Both the position numbers and the translations under genes were made by a program. Below the pieces are notes generated by a model that was not told the DNA's origin, ran no database searches, and saw nothing but the letters and a program-made list of their open reading frames with translations. Shown piece by piece: positions 39,391-48,538 of a stretch of DNA of 64,000 nt. Position 1 is the stretch's first letter. Every line of letters starts with the position of its first letter. Origin of the DNA: an uncultured delta proteobacterium (GTDB lineage: Bacteria > Desulfobacterota > Binatia > UBA9968); the NCBI GenBank assembly GCA_963771465.1, contig CAVYTU010000014.1, forward strand, positions 64,001 to 128,000, written 5' to 3'.

Positions 39391-40377
39391 ATGAGTAAAA
39401 AGGTAATTCGCCTTGCGCTTAGCACCATGCTCTTCGCGCTAAGCTTCTCCGCCGACGCGCAGCAGCCAACGAAAATCCCCCGGATAGGATACCTCACCGG
39501 CACATCCTGGGGCCTTAGCTCAACCCGTATTGACACCCTTCGCCAGGGTCTTCGCGAGCTGGGGTATGTTGAAGGGAAGAATTTCATCATTGAATATCGT
39601 TCTGCCGAGGGAAAGCTCGATCGCTTCCCCGCGCTGGCGGCCGAGCTGGTGCGGCTCAAGGTGGACATCATCGTGTCGGCTGGTCTTGGACCAACCCGTG
39701 CCGCCAAGGACGCGACAGCTACTATTCCCATAGTGATGACCAATGAAGGCGACCCGGTTGGAACCGGGATCGTCGCGAGCCTCGCGCGGCCTGGCGGGAA
39801 TATTACGGGCCTATCCACTCTTGCCCCGGAATTAAGCGGAAAGCGGCTGGAGCTTTTGAAAGAGATCGTACCTAAACTTTCCCGCGTCGCCGCTTTTCGG
39901 ACTTCAACCCAGCCAAGCACCGCACAAACGATACACGAGGTAGAGCTTGCCGCAAAGGAGTTAGGCGTTCAGCTTCAATATCTAGATGTAGTGGATCCCA
40001 AAGACATTGCGGCCGCATTCCGAGCCGCAGGCAAAGGGCGGGCTGAGGCAGGCCTTTGGATGGTGGCAGGCGGCGTCGGTAATGTTCACCAAACACAGGT
40101 CGTAGAACTTGCGGTGAAGGGTCGGCTCCCGGTGATATACCAGAGTCCCAGATTGGTCGAAGCCGGGGGACTAATGACTTACGGCGTGAACCTCAACGAC
40201 TTGGACCGGCGCGCGGCTATTTATGTGGACAAAATTTTGAAAGGCACCAAACCAGCTGACTTGCCCGTGGAGCAGCCGATGAAGTTTGAGTTCGTCGTCA
40301 ATCTGAAAGCCGCAAAGCAGATCGGCCTGACAATTCCGCCGAATGTGTTGGTCAGAGCGGACAAGGTGATCAAGTAG
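39391..40377 (+). CDS. ABC_sub_bind-type substrate-binding protein, copy 3 (intact)
   Basis: Signal peptide, [37 protein letters not shown]. Confidence 0.9.
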   Translation: MSKKVIRLALSTMLFALSFSADAQQPTKIPRIGYLTGTSWGLSSTRIDTLRQGLRELGYVEGKNFIIEYRSAEGKLDRFPALAAELVRLKVDIIVSAGLGPTRAAKDATATIPIVMTNEGDPVGTGIVASLARPGGNITGLSTLAPELSGKRLELLKEIVPKLSRVAAFRTSTQPSTAQTIHEVELAAKELGVQLQYLDVVDPKDIAAAFRAAGKGRAEAGLWMVAGGVGNVHQTQVVELAVKGRLPVIYQSPRLVEAGGLMTYGVNLNDLDRRAAIYVDKILKGTKPADLPVEQPMKFEFVVNLKAAKQIGLTIPPNVLVRADKVIK

Positions 40378-40417
40378 GCAACAGGCGTCAGGTGATGGGT
40401 TGAAATGTAAATTGGCG

Positions 40418-40843
40418 CTAAGAGCCCTCTTGATGCAGAACGGTCACATGTCTTTTGAAGCGATACTGTCGGAAGTGAACGTCAAAAGCGAAAGCATGAT
40501 CAAGCCGGTGATGATCGATCAACGCGAAGCTGGTGCAATCGACAAAGCTAAATTCTTTGTCGTCGTATCGTATAAAAATCGCCCTTGCTGTGTTTTCGAT
40601 GGCGTCGCTCACGTGGAGGACTTTGATCCCCGTCTGATCGAAACGTTTCATGAATCCAACCGCCGCGTCGTGGCTGACTTTGAAGCGGATCAAAGTGTAG
40701 GCTTCGGCAAGGACGAAATTCGATGTTAGGAGCTGAGCGTGAGCTTCGATTAGTTGCGCGTGAACTGACTTGGCAGCGGAATGATAATCGTCGTCTTCGT
40801 CAGCGAGAGCAAGAAACGCTCCGGTATCGAGAAATACCTTCAA
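40418..40843 (-). CDS. vapC: VapC-like PIN-domain toxin
   Basis: VFLDTGAF, VLAEAY, SFVDCTSF, AFAFDVHF. Confidence 0.88.
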   Translation of the reverse strand: MKVFLDTGAFLALADEDDDYHSAAKSVHAQLIEAHAQLLTSNFVLAEAYTLIRFKVSHDAAVGFMKRFDQTGIKVLHVSDAIENTARAIFIRYDDKEFSFVDCTSFALIDHHRLDHAFAFDVHFRQYRFKRHVTVLHQEGS

Positions 40844-41118
40844 GGGTTATATTTCTGGCGATAGAGGTAATCGTCGTGATTTTTAGCGAGGTCGTGAGTA
40901 CCGCTCTTAAATAGCCCGACGATACACTGTGCAGGATGAGAGTTGACATCGGCTTGGCGAGTGACTTGCCGGCGCTTGCGCGTTGATTTTGCGACTCGCT
41001 TCAACGGTTTCTCGCTCTCGATCACGGTCAGCTTAACTCTTTGCTTATTTTTGAGGCGAACTTTTTCGAGAGGCTTGAATACTCCGTTCTCATACATCGC
41101 GTTAAAAGCTCTTGCCAT
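40840..41118 (-). CDS. DUF104/AF2212-like antitoxin
   Basis: AMYENGVFKPL...VKLTV; C-terminal DLAKNHDDYLY; overlaps the toxin start by 4 nt. Confidence 0.8.
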   Translation of the reverse strand: MARAFNAMYENGVFKPLEKVRLKNKQRVKLTVIESEKPLKRVAKSTRKRRQVTRQADVNSHPAQCIVGLFKSGTHDLAKNHDDYLYRQKYNP

Positions 41119-41233
41119 GAGTGACCTCGTTGGAATAGGAAATTGCGTGAATCAAAGTCTATAGACCGGTCCTGGCTCTGTCAAATACAACGGGGCCATA
41201 ATGCTCTGACGGTCGAGAATAAAAACATCGGGG

Positions 41234-41294
41234 GCAGATCGGCCTGACGATGCCGCCGAATGTGCTGGTGAGAGCGGATAAGGTGATCAGGTAA
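41234..41294 (+). pseudogene. Isolated 3' end of an ABC_sub_bind gene
   Basis: 54/61 nt identical to 40317-40377; encodes QIGLTMPPNVLVRADKVIR*. Confidence 0.75.
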
Positions 41295-41446
41295 CACGAA
41301 CTGGACGACGACTCGACCAGAGAGCGGTGCTAAAGGTGGGGTTTCGGTGCTGTAAGAATTTGAATGCGGTCGACGATGGAGGAGATCGATCGAGGATGGC
41401 GATTTCGATCCTCTATCTTCCACCCTCGATCATCGGCCCGCTCTGA

Positions 41447-42802
41447 TCAATTCCCTGCGACTGTCATCTTCGAGATCTTCACCGTCGGCGCGACGATGCG
41501 GCCGCGCATCTCGAGGTCGTTGCCGACCATTTCAATGTTTTGAAACATTTCTTTTAGATTACCGGCGACGGTGATCTCTTCGACCGGGTAAGCAAGCGCG
41601 CCGTTTTCGATCCACAATCCGGCGGCGCCGCGCGAGTAGTCGCCGGTCACCATGTTGACGCCGGAGCCGATCATCTCGGTAACGTAGAGTCCGTTTTTCA
41701 CCGAGCCAATGATTTGTTCCGGCGAATCTTTGCCGGCGGCCAGATAGAAATTCGCCGGCGAGGCGCCCGGCGGCTCTCCTACCGAACGAGAAGCGTTGCC
41801 GGTTGAAGCCATGCCGAGCTTTTTACCGCTGTAAGTATCGAGCAGATAACTTTTAAGTTCGCCTTTTTCGACGACGAATTTCTTTTGGATGGGTAATCCT
41901 TCGGCGTCGAATGGCCGTGAGCCGAGCGCGCCGGGGATAGTGCCGTCGTCGATGACGTTGAGTAAATCCGAGCCGATCTTGGTGTTGAGCTTGCCGGCCA
42001 AGAAAGAGGCGCCTTTGTACAGCGAATAACCGTTTATCGCCGATGCCAAGCTGCGTAGCAGCGAGGCGGCCATATCGGGATCGAAGACGATCGGCACTTC
42101 GCAAGTTTTCACTTTCCGTCCACCGAGCCGTCGCAGTACCCGTTGCGCGGCTTTTTCGCCGACATGTTTTGACGACTCGAGCTTGGCGAATTTACGATTG
42201 GACGAATACCAATAGTCACGCTGCATCGCGCCGTTATGTTTCGCCACCGGCGACACCGCGTGTCCGAAAGTCGAGCCGGAGTATTCGCCGGCAAAGCCGT
42301 GACTGCTGACGTAGATCACGCGGCCATACTGGTTGGAGAACTCGGCGCCTTCGGAGTTGGTGATACGGGAATCGAAAGCCAACGCATTTTTTTCGGTGTC
42401 GAGGGCGATTTGGATTTTTTCGTCCACCGAGACATGACGCGCCGAATCGTCGAGCAGATCGAGATCCGGCAGATCGCGCGCCAGCATCTCCGCCGCCGGC
42501 AATCCGCCGTGCGGATCTTGTGCCGTGACGCGCGCCATCCTGACCGTGTCGTCGACTAGCTTTTCAATGGAATTTTGCGAAATATCCGAAGTTGACGCCG
42601 AAGCCGAGCTGTTGCCGAGAAAGAGTCGAAGACCGAGCCGCTTCTCGCCGGCCTGGCTGATTTTTTCCACTTCGCCCATGCGCACGGTGACGAAAAACGA
42701 CTCGCTCTCCGCCATCACGACGTCGCCCGTTGACGCGCCTTTTTCTTTGGCTTGACGCAAAATTTCTCGACCCAAGTCTTGAGTCAATTCCAATCGTTCC
42801 AT
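41447..42802 (-). CDS. pmbA: TldE/PmbA metalloprotease subunit
   Basis: MQRDYWYS, PFDAEG, STGNASR, TGDYSRGAAG, EITVAGNL. Confidence 0.93.
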   Translation of the reverse strand: MERLELTQDLGREILRQAKEKGASTGDVVMAESESFFVTVRMGEVEKISQAGEKRLGLRLFLGNSSASASTSDISQNSIEKLVDDTVRMARVTAQDPHGGLPAAEMLARDLPDLDLLDDSARHVSVDEKIQIALDTEKNALAFDSRITNSEGAEFSNQYGRVIYVSSHGFAGEYSGSTFGHAVSPVAKHNGAMQRDYWYSSNRKFAKLESSKHVGEKAAQRVLRRLGGRKVKTCEVPIVFDPDMAASLLRSLASAINGYSLYKGASFLAGKLNTKIGSDLLNVIDDGTIPGALGSRPFDAEGLPIQKKFVVEKGELKSYLLDTYSGKKLGMASTGNASRSVGEPPGASPANFYLAAGKDSPEQIIGSVKNGLYVTEMIGSGVNMVTGDYSRGAAGLWIENGALAYPVEEITVAGNLKEMFQNIEMVGNDLEMRGRIVAPTVKISKMTVAGN

Positions 42803-42819
42803 GTTCTCTCGTTTCTTAG

Positions 42820-42931
42820 TTCAAATCGTTCAACACTTTTAGATCATCCCAGCCCTCACCTGTTTCCCCGCGTCGCGGGGGAGGACGATGGAGGGGATTG
42901 AACTGAGCGGAGCGGTTGAACGGCTTGAACA
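42820..42931. repeat. Nonamer-periodic inverted repeat enclosing a REP-like palindrome
   Basis: GTTCAAATC-GTTCAA ... TTGAACGGC-TTGAAC around TCCCCGCG-t-CGCGGGGGA. Confidence 0.65.
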
Positions 42932-42939
42932 TTATTTTA

Positions 42940-44385
42940 TTACGCCGCCGTTCCGCCGACCGTCAGTCCGTCAATCTTGATCGTCGGCAGTCCGACTCCC
43001 ACCGGCACCGACTGTCCGTCCTTGCCGCAGGTACCGACACCTTCGTCGAGCTTGAGATCGTTACCGACCATCGACACGCGGGTCAGCACGTCCGGGCCGT
43101 TGCCGATCAAGGTCGCGCCTTTGACTGGCTTGGTCACTTTTCCATCTTCGATCAAGTAAGCCTCGCTGGCCGAGAAGACGAACTTGCCGCTGGTGATGTC
43201 GACCTGACCGCCGCCGAAGGAAACCGCGTAAAGCCCCTTCTTTACCGAGCGCAAAATATCTTCCGGCGCCGACTCGCCGGCGAGCATGAAAGTATTAGTC
43301 ATGCGCGGCATGGGAATGTGCGCGTAGCTTTCGCGCCGGCCGTTGCCGGTGAGCGCCATTTTCATCAAGCCGGCGTTGAGCTTGTCTTGCAGATAGCCTT
43401 TGAGAATGCCTTTTTCGATCAGCACCGTTCGCCCGGTGGGCGTGCCTTCGTCGTCGACGTTGATCGAGCCGCGCCGCGATGGAATCGTGCCGTCGTCGAT
43501 CACCGTGCAAAGCTCCGACGCGACTTTTTCTCCGATCCGATCGGAGAATGCCGAAGTTTTCTTGCGGTTAAAATCGCCTTCCAAGCCGTGGCCGATCGCT
43601 TCGTGGAGGAGAATTCCCGGCCAGCCGGGACCGAGGACAACGTCCATCGTTCCAGCGGGCGCATCGACGGCGCTTAGATTCAAAATCGCCTGGCGTACGG
43701 CCTCGCGGCCGTAGCGTTGGTAGTCTCTATTATCGACGAAGAAACCGAACTCGACCCGGCCGCCGCCGCCGAAACTGCCGATCTGGCGGTTGCCGTTTTC
43801 CTCGACGATACAGGTGACGTTCAAGCGCGTCAGCGGCTGAATATCGCCGACAACCATGCCCTGGGAATTGGCCACCAGCACGACTTTGTACTCGGCGCCG
43901 ATGGAGGCGAATACGTTTTTGATGCGCGGGTCGAGGGCGCGGGTGAATTTATCGATCTCGTAGAGCAGCTCGACTTTCCTTTCCAACGCCACGTCGTTCA
44001 CCGGCGTCTTGACCGGATAGAGGTCGTGGCTCGCGCCGCGCGGCTGACCGACCGAAGCCGGAACTTGCGACGATCGATTCTGCGCGATGTACTGCGCCGT
44101 GCGTGCGGCGATGGCAAGATTTTCGATCGTAATGTCGTCGGTGTAGGCGTAACCGGTCTTCGCCTCCGCCAGCACGCGCACGCCGACGCCGTTAGCCGTC
44201 GACTGGGCGCAGTTTTTGACCATCCCCTCTTCCAGGCTGACGCCTTCGTTGCGCCGATACTCAAAAAACAGGTCCGCGTATTCGGCCTTCTTAGCGAGTG
44301 CCGCGTCGAGCACCTTGGCCAAATCGCCCGTGTCGATACCGAAGTTGCGGTTAAAAAACGCTGCTGGCAAATTTTCCTGTGGCAT
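42940..44385 (-). CDS. tldD: TldD metalloprotease
   Basis: GWPGILLHEAIGHGLEGDFNRK, PMPRMTNT, GTCGKDGQSVPVGVG; AGGGGG RBS before MPQEN. Confidence 0.96.
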   Translation of the reverse strand: MPQENLPAAFFNRNFGIDTGDLAKVLDAALAKKAEYADLFFEYRRNEGVSLEEGMVKNCAQSTANGVGVRVLAEAKTGYAYTDDITIENLAIAARTAQYIAQNRSSQVPASVGQPRGASHDLYPVKTPVNDVALERKVELLYEIDKFTRALDPRIKNVFASIGAEYKVVLVANSQGMVVGDIQPLTRLNVTCIVEENGNRQIGSFGGGGRVEFGFFVDNRDYQRYGREAVRQAILNLSAVDAPAGTMDVVLGPGWPGILLHEAIGHGLEGDFNRKKTSAFSDRIGEKVASELCTVIDDGTIPSRRGSINVDDEGTPTGRTVLIEKGILKGYLQDKLNAGLMKMALTGNGRRESYAHIPMPRMTNTFMLAGESAPEDILRSVKKGLYAVSFGGGQVDITSGKFVFSASEAYLIEDGKVTKPVKGATLIGNGPDVLTRVSMVGNDLKLDEGVGTCGKDGQSVPVGVGLPTIKIDGLTVGGTAA

Positions 44386-44732
44386 GGCGTCCCCCTTCCT
44401 AAACTTTGTACCACATATGAATCCTGCGAATAAGCCCGGATTCCGCGGTTGCAAAGTTAAATTGCTTAGTTGGCAAGCCGTTCCAATAGCTCGCTCGCGG
44501 GGCAACGATATTGGTACCTGCCCAGAGGCACAGGCCCATTGTCCCAATTACGGAAGGTTCACGCTTCGCTCGTTGCTTCAATTTCAACTGCGCAATCCGG
44601 CTTCAGGGCAGTGAACGGTTACTAAATTGTTAAAGGATCGCGCTGACACGTCCGATCTTCTGTTTTTGCTGTTGATCGTTTGATATTCTTGGGCTAACAT
44701 CCAGCTACGAAATTTTGACAAGGTAGAGGGTT

Positions 44733-45800
44733 ATGGCGCAAAAGAAAATCGTTCACATCGTCGGCACCGGCACTATCGGCGAACCGCTGGTTGGCATCCT
44801 TTCCACGTTTAAGGAGCCATTTGGCATCGACGAAGTGACCTTTCACAAGCGCACGCCGCTACTGACCGACCGTTCGAAAGTCATGGTATCGTGCAACAAG
44901 GGCGCTAAGCTCGCCGTCGACAAAGAGCGCTGGCACAAATTCGTCGACATGGGCATGGCGCCGACCTTCGAAGCCGAAGAGGCGATTGAGCGCGCCAGCG
45001 TCATCATCGACTGCACGCCGGTGGGCAATGAGAATAAGGAAAAACTTTACAACAAATACGCCGGCAACGGCCGCGGTTTTATCGCCCAGGGCAGTGAAGA
45101 CGGCTTCGGCAAGAAATACGCCCGCGGCATCAACGACAAAGCGCTGGTCAGAGGCCAGGATCAATTTATTCAGGTGGTCAGCTGCAACACGCACAATTTG
45201 GCCGTGTTGATCGACACCATCGCGTTGGGGCCGGAGAAGGAAGACAATCTGGCCGAAAGCCGTTTCGTTTGCATGCGCCGCGCCAACGATTTAAGCCAGG
45301 AAGGCGATTTTATCCCGGCGCCGGAAGCGAGCAAGCATGACGACTCTAAGTTCGGCACCCATCAGGGACGCGATGCTCACGAACTGTTCGGAACCCTGGG
45401 ATTCGATTTGAATATTTTCTCGTCCGCTTTGAAGCTCAATACTCAGTACATGCACACGATTCACTTCAATCTCCGACTGCGCCGCGCCATCGACAAGGAC
45501 GAGTTGATGCGCCGCTTCCAATCGACCCGCCGGGTCGCGTTGACCAATAAAAAATCGTCCGCGTCGGTTTTTTCATTCGGACGCGACCATGGCCTGTTCG
45601 GCAGGATATTGAATCAGACGGTGATCGTCAGCCAGAGCCTCGCCATCCATAACGACAAGGAAATCATCGGCACCTGCTTCACACCCCAGGACGGCAACTC
45701 TTTGTTGAGCAGCTTGGCCGCCACTCTGTGGTTCCTCTATCCTGACTCCTATGAGGAGAGGCTTGCCCCGGTGCGGCCTTATTTCTTCGACGAAATCTAA
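44733..45800 (+). CDS. Class II (archaeal-type) glyceraldehyde-3-phosphate dehydrogenase-like protein
   Basis: VGTGTIG, IIDCTP, IAQGSE, VVSCNT, RRAND, YMH: order and spacing match archaeal GAPDH motifs. Confidence 0.75.
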   Translation: MAQKKIVHIVGTGTIGEPLVGILSTFKEPFGIDEVTFHKRTPLLTDRSKVMVSCNKGAKLAVDKERWHKFVDMGMAPTFEAEEAIERASVIIDCTPVGNENKEKLYNKYAGNGRGFIAQGSEDGFGKKYARGINDKALVRGQDQFIQVVSCNTHNLAVLIDTIALGPEKEDNLAESRFVCMRRANDLSQEGDFIPAPEASKHDDSKFGTHQGRDAHELFGTLGFDLNIFSSALKLNTQYMHTIHFNLRLRRAIDKDELMRRFQSTRRVALTNKKSSASVFSFGRDHGLFGRILNQTVIVSQSLAIHNDKEIIGTCFTPQDGNSLLSSLAATLWFLYPDSYEERLAPVRPYFFDEI

Positions 45801-45820
45801 AGTATCGTTGTTACTTTAGG

Positions 45821-45851
45821 AAAAAAGGGCGAGCCAATCTCGCCCTCTTTT
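45821..45851. terminator. Bidirectional terminator
   Basis: AAAAA-AGGGCGAG-ccaat-CTCGCCCT-CTTTT between convergent genes. Confidence 0.7.
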
Positions 45852-46314
45852 ATTCCCTGACGTTTATTTGAGGGAGGCCGTCGAAGCGCACGGCGTCGCC
45901 GGCTTTGATGGCGTGGCGTTTCGCCAAGCCGCCGTTGATTTCCAAGACAAACTGGCTCGGCGCGGTCACCGAGCGCGGATCCAATGAAAACGGCACCGTT
46001 TGCTCGACAATGCCGACGATCTTGCGCTCGCGATTGATGAAGATCATATCCAAGGGCAGCGGCGTATTTTTCATCCAGAAAGACTGCTGGGATTCCGCCG
46101 GAAAAAGAAAAATCATACCGCGGTCAGCCGCCAAATCGCGGCGATACTGAAGCCCCATCTCGCGCTTCGAAGGCGTGTCGGCGATTTCAACGCCGAAGCT
46201 GACAGTGCGCCCGTCCTTGGTGGTAATCGTCACTTTGGGCTCGGCTTGGCAAGCCGTCACACTTGCGATCAAGGGGATGAGGAGCCCGATGATTAGAATT
46301 GGGTTTTTAACCAT
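45850..46314 (-). CDS. DUF192 family protein
   Basis: GMIFLF, FWMKNTPLPLDMIF, VLEINGG. Confidence 0.9.
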   Translation of the reverse strand: MVKNPILIIGLLIPLIASVTACQAEPKVTITTKDGRTVSFGVEIADTPSKREMGLQYRRDLAADRGMIFLFPAESQQSFWMKNTPLPLDMIFINRERKIVGIVEQTVPFSLDPRSVTAPSQFVLEINGGLAKRHAIKAGDAVRFDGLPQINVRE

Positions 46315-46315
46315 G

Positions 46316-48313
46316 TCACTTAGCTAAATTCTTAGCGACGATTTCGGCGATATCGAACACTTCCATCGCTATCTCCGGCTCTTCCTTGGCGGTCTCTTCA
46401 GTGATCATGCGCATGCAGAACGGACAGCCCGTGGCGACCGTTTTCGCCCCCGTTTGCTTGAGCTCGCGATAGCGATTGGTACTGACCCGCTCAGCGCCCT
46501 TCTCTTCATCTTTCCAAAACTGACCGCCGCCGGCGCCGCAGCAAAAACTGTTGCTGCGATTGCGGCTTGGTTCCATCAATTTCGCGCCCGTAGCTTGAAT
46601 CAAACCGCGCGGCTCGTCGAAGATGCCGTTATGCCGGCCGAGATAGCAAGGATCATGATAAGTGATGGAATCGTTAGCATCGCCGCTAAGCTTGAGCTTC
46701 CCCGCTTTGATCAATTCGTCGATGAAATCGCTATGGTGCTTGACGACAAAGTTGCCGCCGAACTGCGAATACTCATTGCCGATGGTGTGAAAGCAATGCG
46801 GGCACGTGGTCACGATCGTCTTGGGTTTAATCTGGTTTAGCACGGCCACGTTTGCTTCGGCCATCTGCACGAATAAATACTCGTTGCCGGTGCGCCGGGC
46901 GGTGTCGCCGGTACATTTTTCTTCCTTGCCGATCACCGCCCAATTAATCCGCGCCGCGTTGAAAAGTTCCGCCATGCTGCGGGCGATTTTTTGCGCCCGC
47001 GGATCGAACGCCACGGCGCAGCCTACCCAATAGAGCACTTCAGGATCGGGGTTTTCCGCCAGCGTCGGCACGGTAAACGGCAATCCTTTTGTCCATGCCA
47101 CACGCTCGTCGGTGGACATGCCCCATGGGTTGCCGGCACGCTCCATGTGATTGAAGGTGTTTTGCAAACCTTTGGGGAACTCGGCCGCGCCCAACACACG
47201 CTCGCGGCGCACGTCGATGATATGGAGCATCTGCTCGTTGCCCACCGGACAGACTTCGATGCAGGCATTGCAAGTCGTGCAAGCCCACGCCGATTCTTCA
47301 TTGAGCGCGAAATCGAGCAACCGCCGGGGGCTTTCCTGACCCGTGGAAAAGCTCGGGAAGATCTTATTTAATTCATAACGCTCGTTGATCAACATGGCCG
47401 CCGGACTGAGCGCCTTGCCGGTGGCGCTGGCGGGACAGACATCCTGACAGCGGTTGCACATGATGCAGCTGTAGGAGTCCAACAGCCGCGGCCAGGTAAA
47501 ATCCTCCAACTTGGCCGCGCCGAAGACTTCTTCGTTCTCAAAATCCATCGGCTGGAGCACGCCGGGCTTGGTTTTTTTCAACGCCAGATTGATCGGCGCG
47601 AGAAAGATATGAATATGCTTGGAGCGCGGAAAATAGGGCAGAAAAAGCAAGATCGAAGCGAGCGCGCCCCACCAGAAAAAATGATTGAGCACCTCGAGTG
47701 TGCCGGGCGCAGTAGCGCTAAAGAAAACCGCGAAGAGCGAGCTCACGGGCTGAAACCAATCGCTCCCCTGCTGTGCCACCTGAGTCGCCTTAAACATCAG
47801 CCGGCAGCCGACATGAAAAATGATGAAGCTGGCGACGATCGTGGAATCGCGGAAGATGCCCGCGCGTACTTCTGGCTCCACCGGCGTGTTGTCGGCGAAG
47901 GCGAAATCTTTCGGTCGGACGAACAGACGTCGCACGACCATGGCGACAATCCCGGTCAGTACGCCTGCGGTTAGACAGTCGGCTACCAAGTTGAAAAAAT
48001 TCCACGCGCCACCGCGTGGATGAATGCCAAGGAAGCCTTCGATCAGGTCGACAAGATTGACGAGAAAATAAAAAACGAAGCCGTAAAAGATCAGCGCATG
48101 AAAAAAAGATATCAGCGGTCTGGTCTTGAACACTGATTGCTGGGTTAGGACAATCCATAGCGCGCGCCTGATTCGCTTGGGCAGGTCGTCGATGCGCGCA
48201 TCCGGCTTGCCGCGGGCGATGGCGCGGTACACGTCATAGAGTTTCGTGCCGCCCAAGTAGCCGGAGCCTAGCAGTAACAGCAAAAAAACAATTTTCTCCA
48301 AAGTCGTCAGCAT
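46316..48313 (-). CDS. Membrane Fe-S oxidoreductase (FadF/HdrD-like: TM domain + 2x4Fe-4S + CCG domains)
   Basis: CIMCNRCQDVCP, CTTCNACIEVCP, YHDPCYLGR, CCGAGGG, CPFC. Confidence 0.9.
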   Translation of the reverse strand: MLTTLEKIVFLLLLLGSGYLGGTKLYDVYRAIARGKPDARIDDLPKRIRRALWIVLTQQSVFKTRPLISFFHALIFYGFVFYFLVNLVDLIEGFLGIHPRGGAWNFFNLVADCLTAGVLTGIVAMVVRRLFVRPKDFAFADNTPVEPEVRAGIFRDSTIVASFIIFHVGCRLMFKATQVAQQGSDWFQPVSSLFAVFFSATAPGTLEVLNHFFWWGALASILLFLPYFPRSKHIHIFLAPINLALKKTKPGVLQPMDFENEEVFGAAKLEDFTWPRLLDSYSCIMCNRCQDVCPASATGKALSPAAMLINERYELNKIFPSFSTGQESPRRLLDFALNEESAWACTTCNACIEVCPVGNEQMLHIIDVRRERVLGAAEFPKGLQNTFNHMERAGNPWGMSTDERVAWTKGLPFTVPTLAENPDPEVLYWVGCAVAFDPRAQKIARSMAELFNAARINWAVIGKEEKCTGDTARRTGNEYLFVQMAEANVAVLNQIKPKTIVTTCPHCFHTIGNEYSQFGGNFVVKHHSDFIDELIKAGKLKLSGDANDSITYHDPCYLGRHNGIFDEPRGLIQATGAKLMEPSRNRSNSFCCGAGGGQFWKDEEKGAERVSTNRYRELKQTGAKTVATGCPFCMRMITEETAKEEPEIAMEVFDIAEIVAKNLAK

Positions 48314-48538
48314 AGCGATCGCACCGACCTCCGTTTCACGCCCTTCCTACTTAACGTTGCTGGAAACAGTTTGTCAAAACGGAATAGATTCGCTGGCAGG
48401 CTTTCATCGACCACAACCGCATCCAAGACAATTTGATTGGCGATTAAATCTAGTCGCCGGCCCCATGAGCCCGACTAGATTACCTAAACTGGGTCGAACG
48501 ACGGGTAGATGCTGTCGACGCGCGCGCGGCTCGGCATC

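Noticed and set aside
40317-41294. attL/attR of an integrated element
   Set aside because: The repeats differ mainly at synonymous sites and no integrase is present; better explained as a paralog relic
41447-44385. TldD/TldE as part of a RiPP cluster
   Set aside because: No precursor peptide, YcaO or other modification enzymes nearby; looks like the housekeeping pair
44551-44622. Structured RNA between tldD and the GAPDH-like gene (GTTCAC...GTGAACGGTTAC)
   Set aside because: Only a short degenerate inverted repeat, single copy in the window; insufficient support
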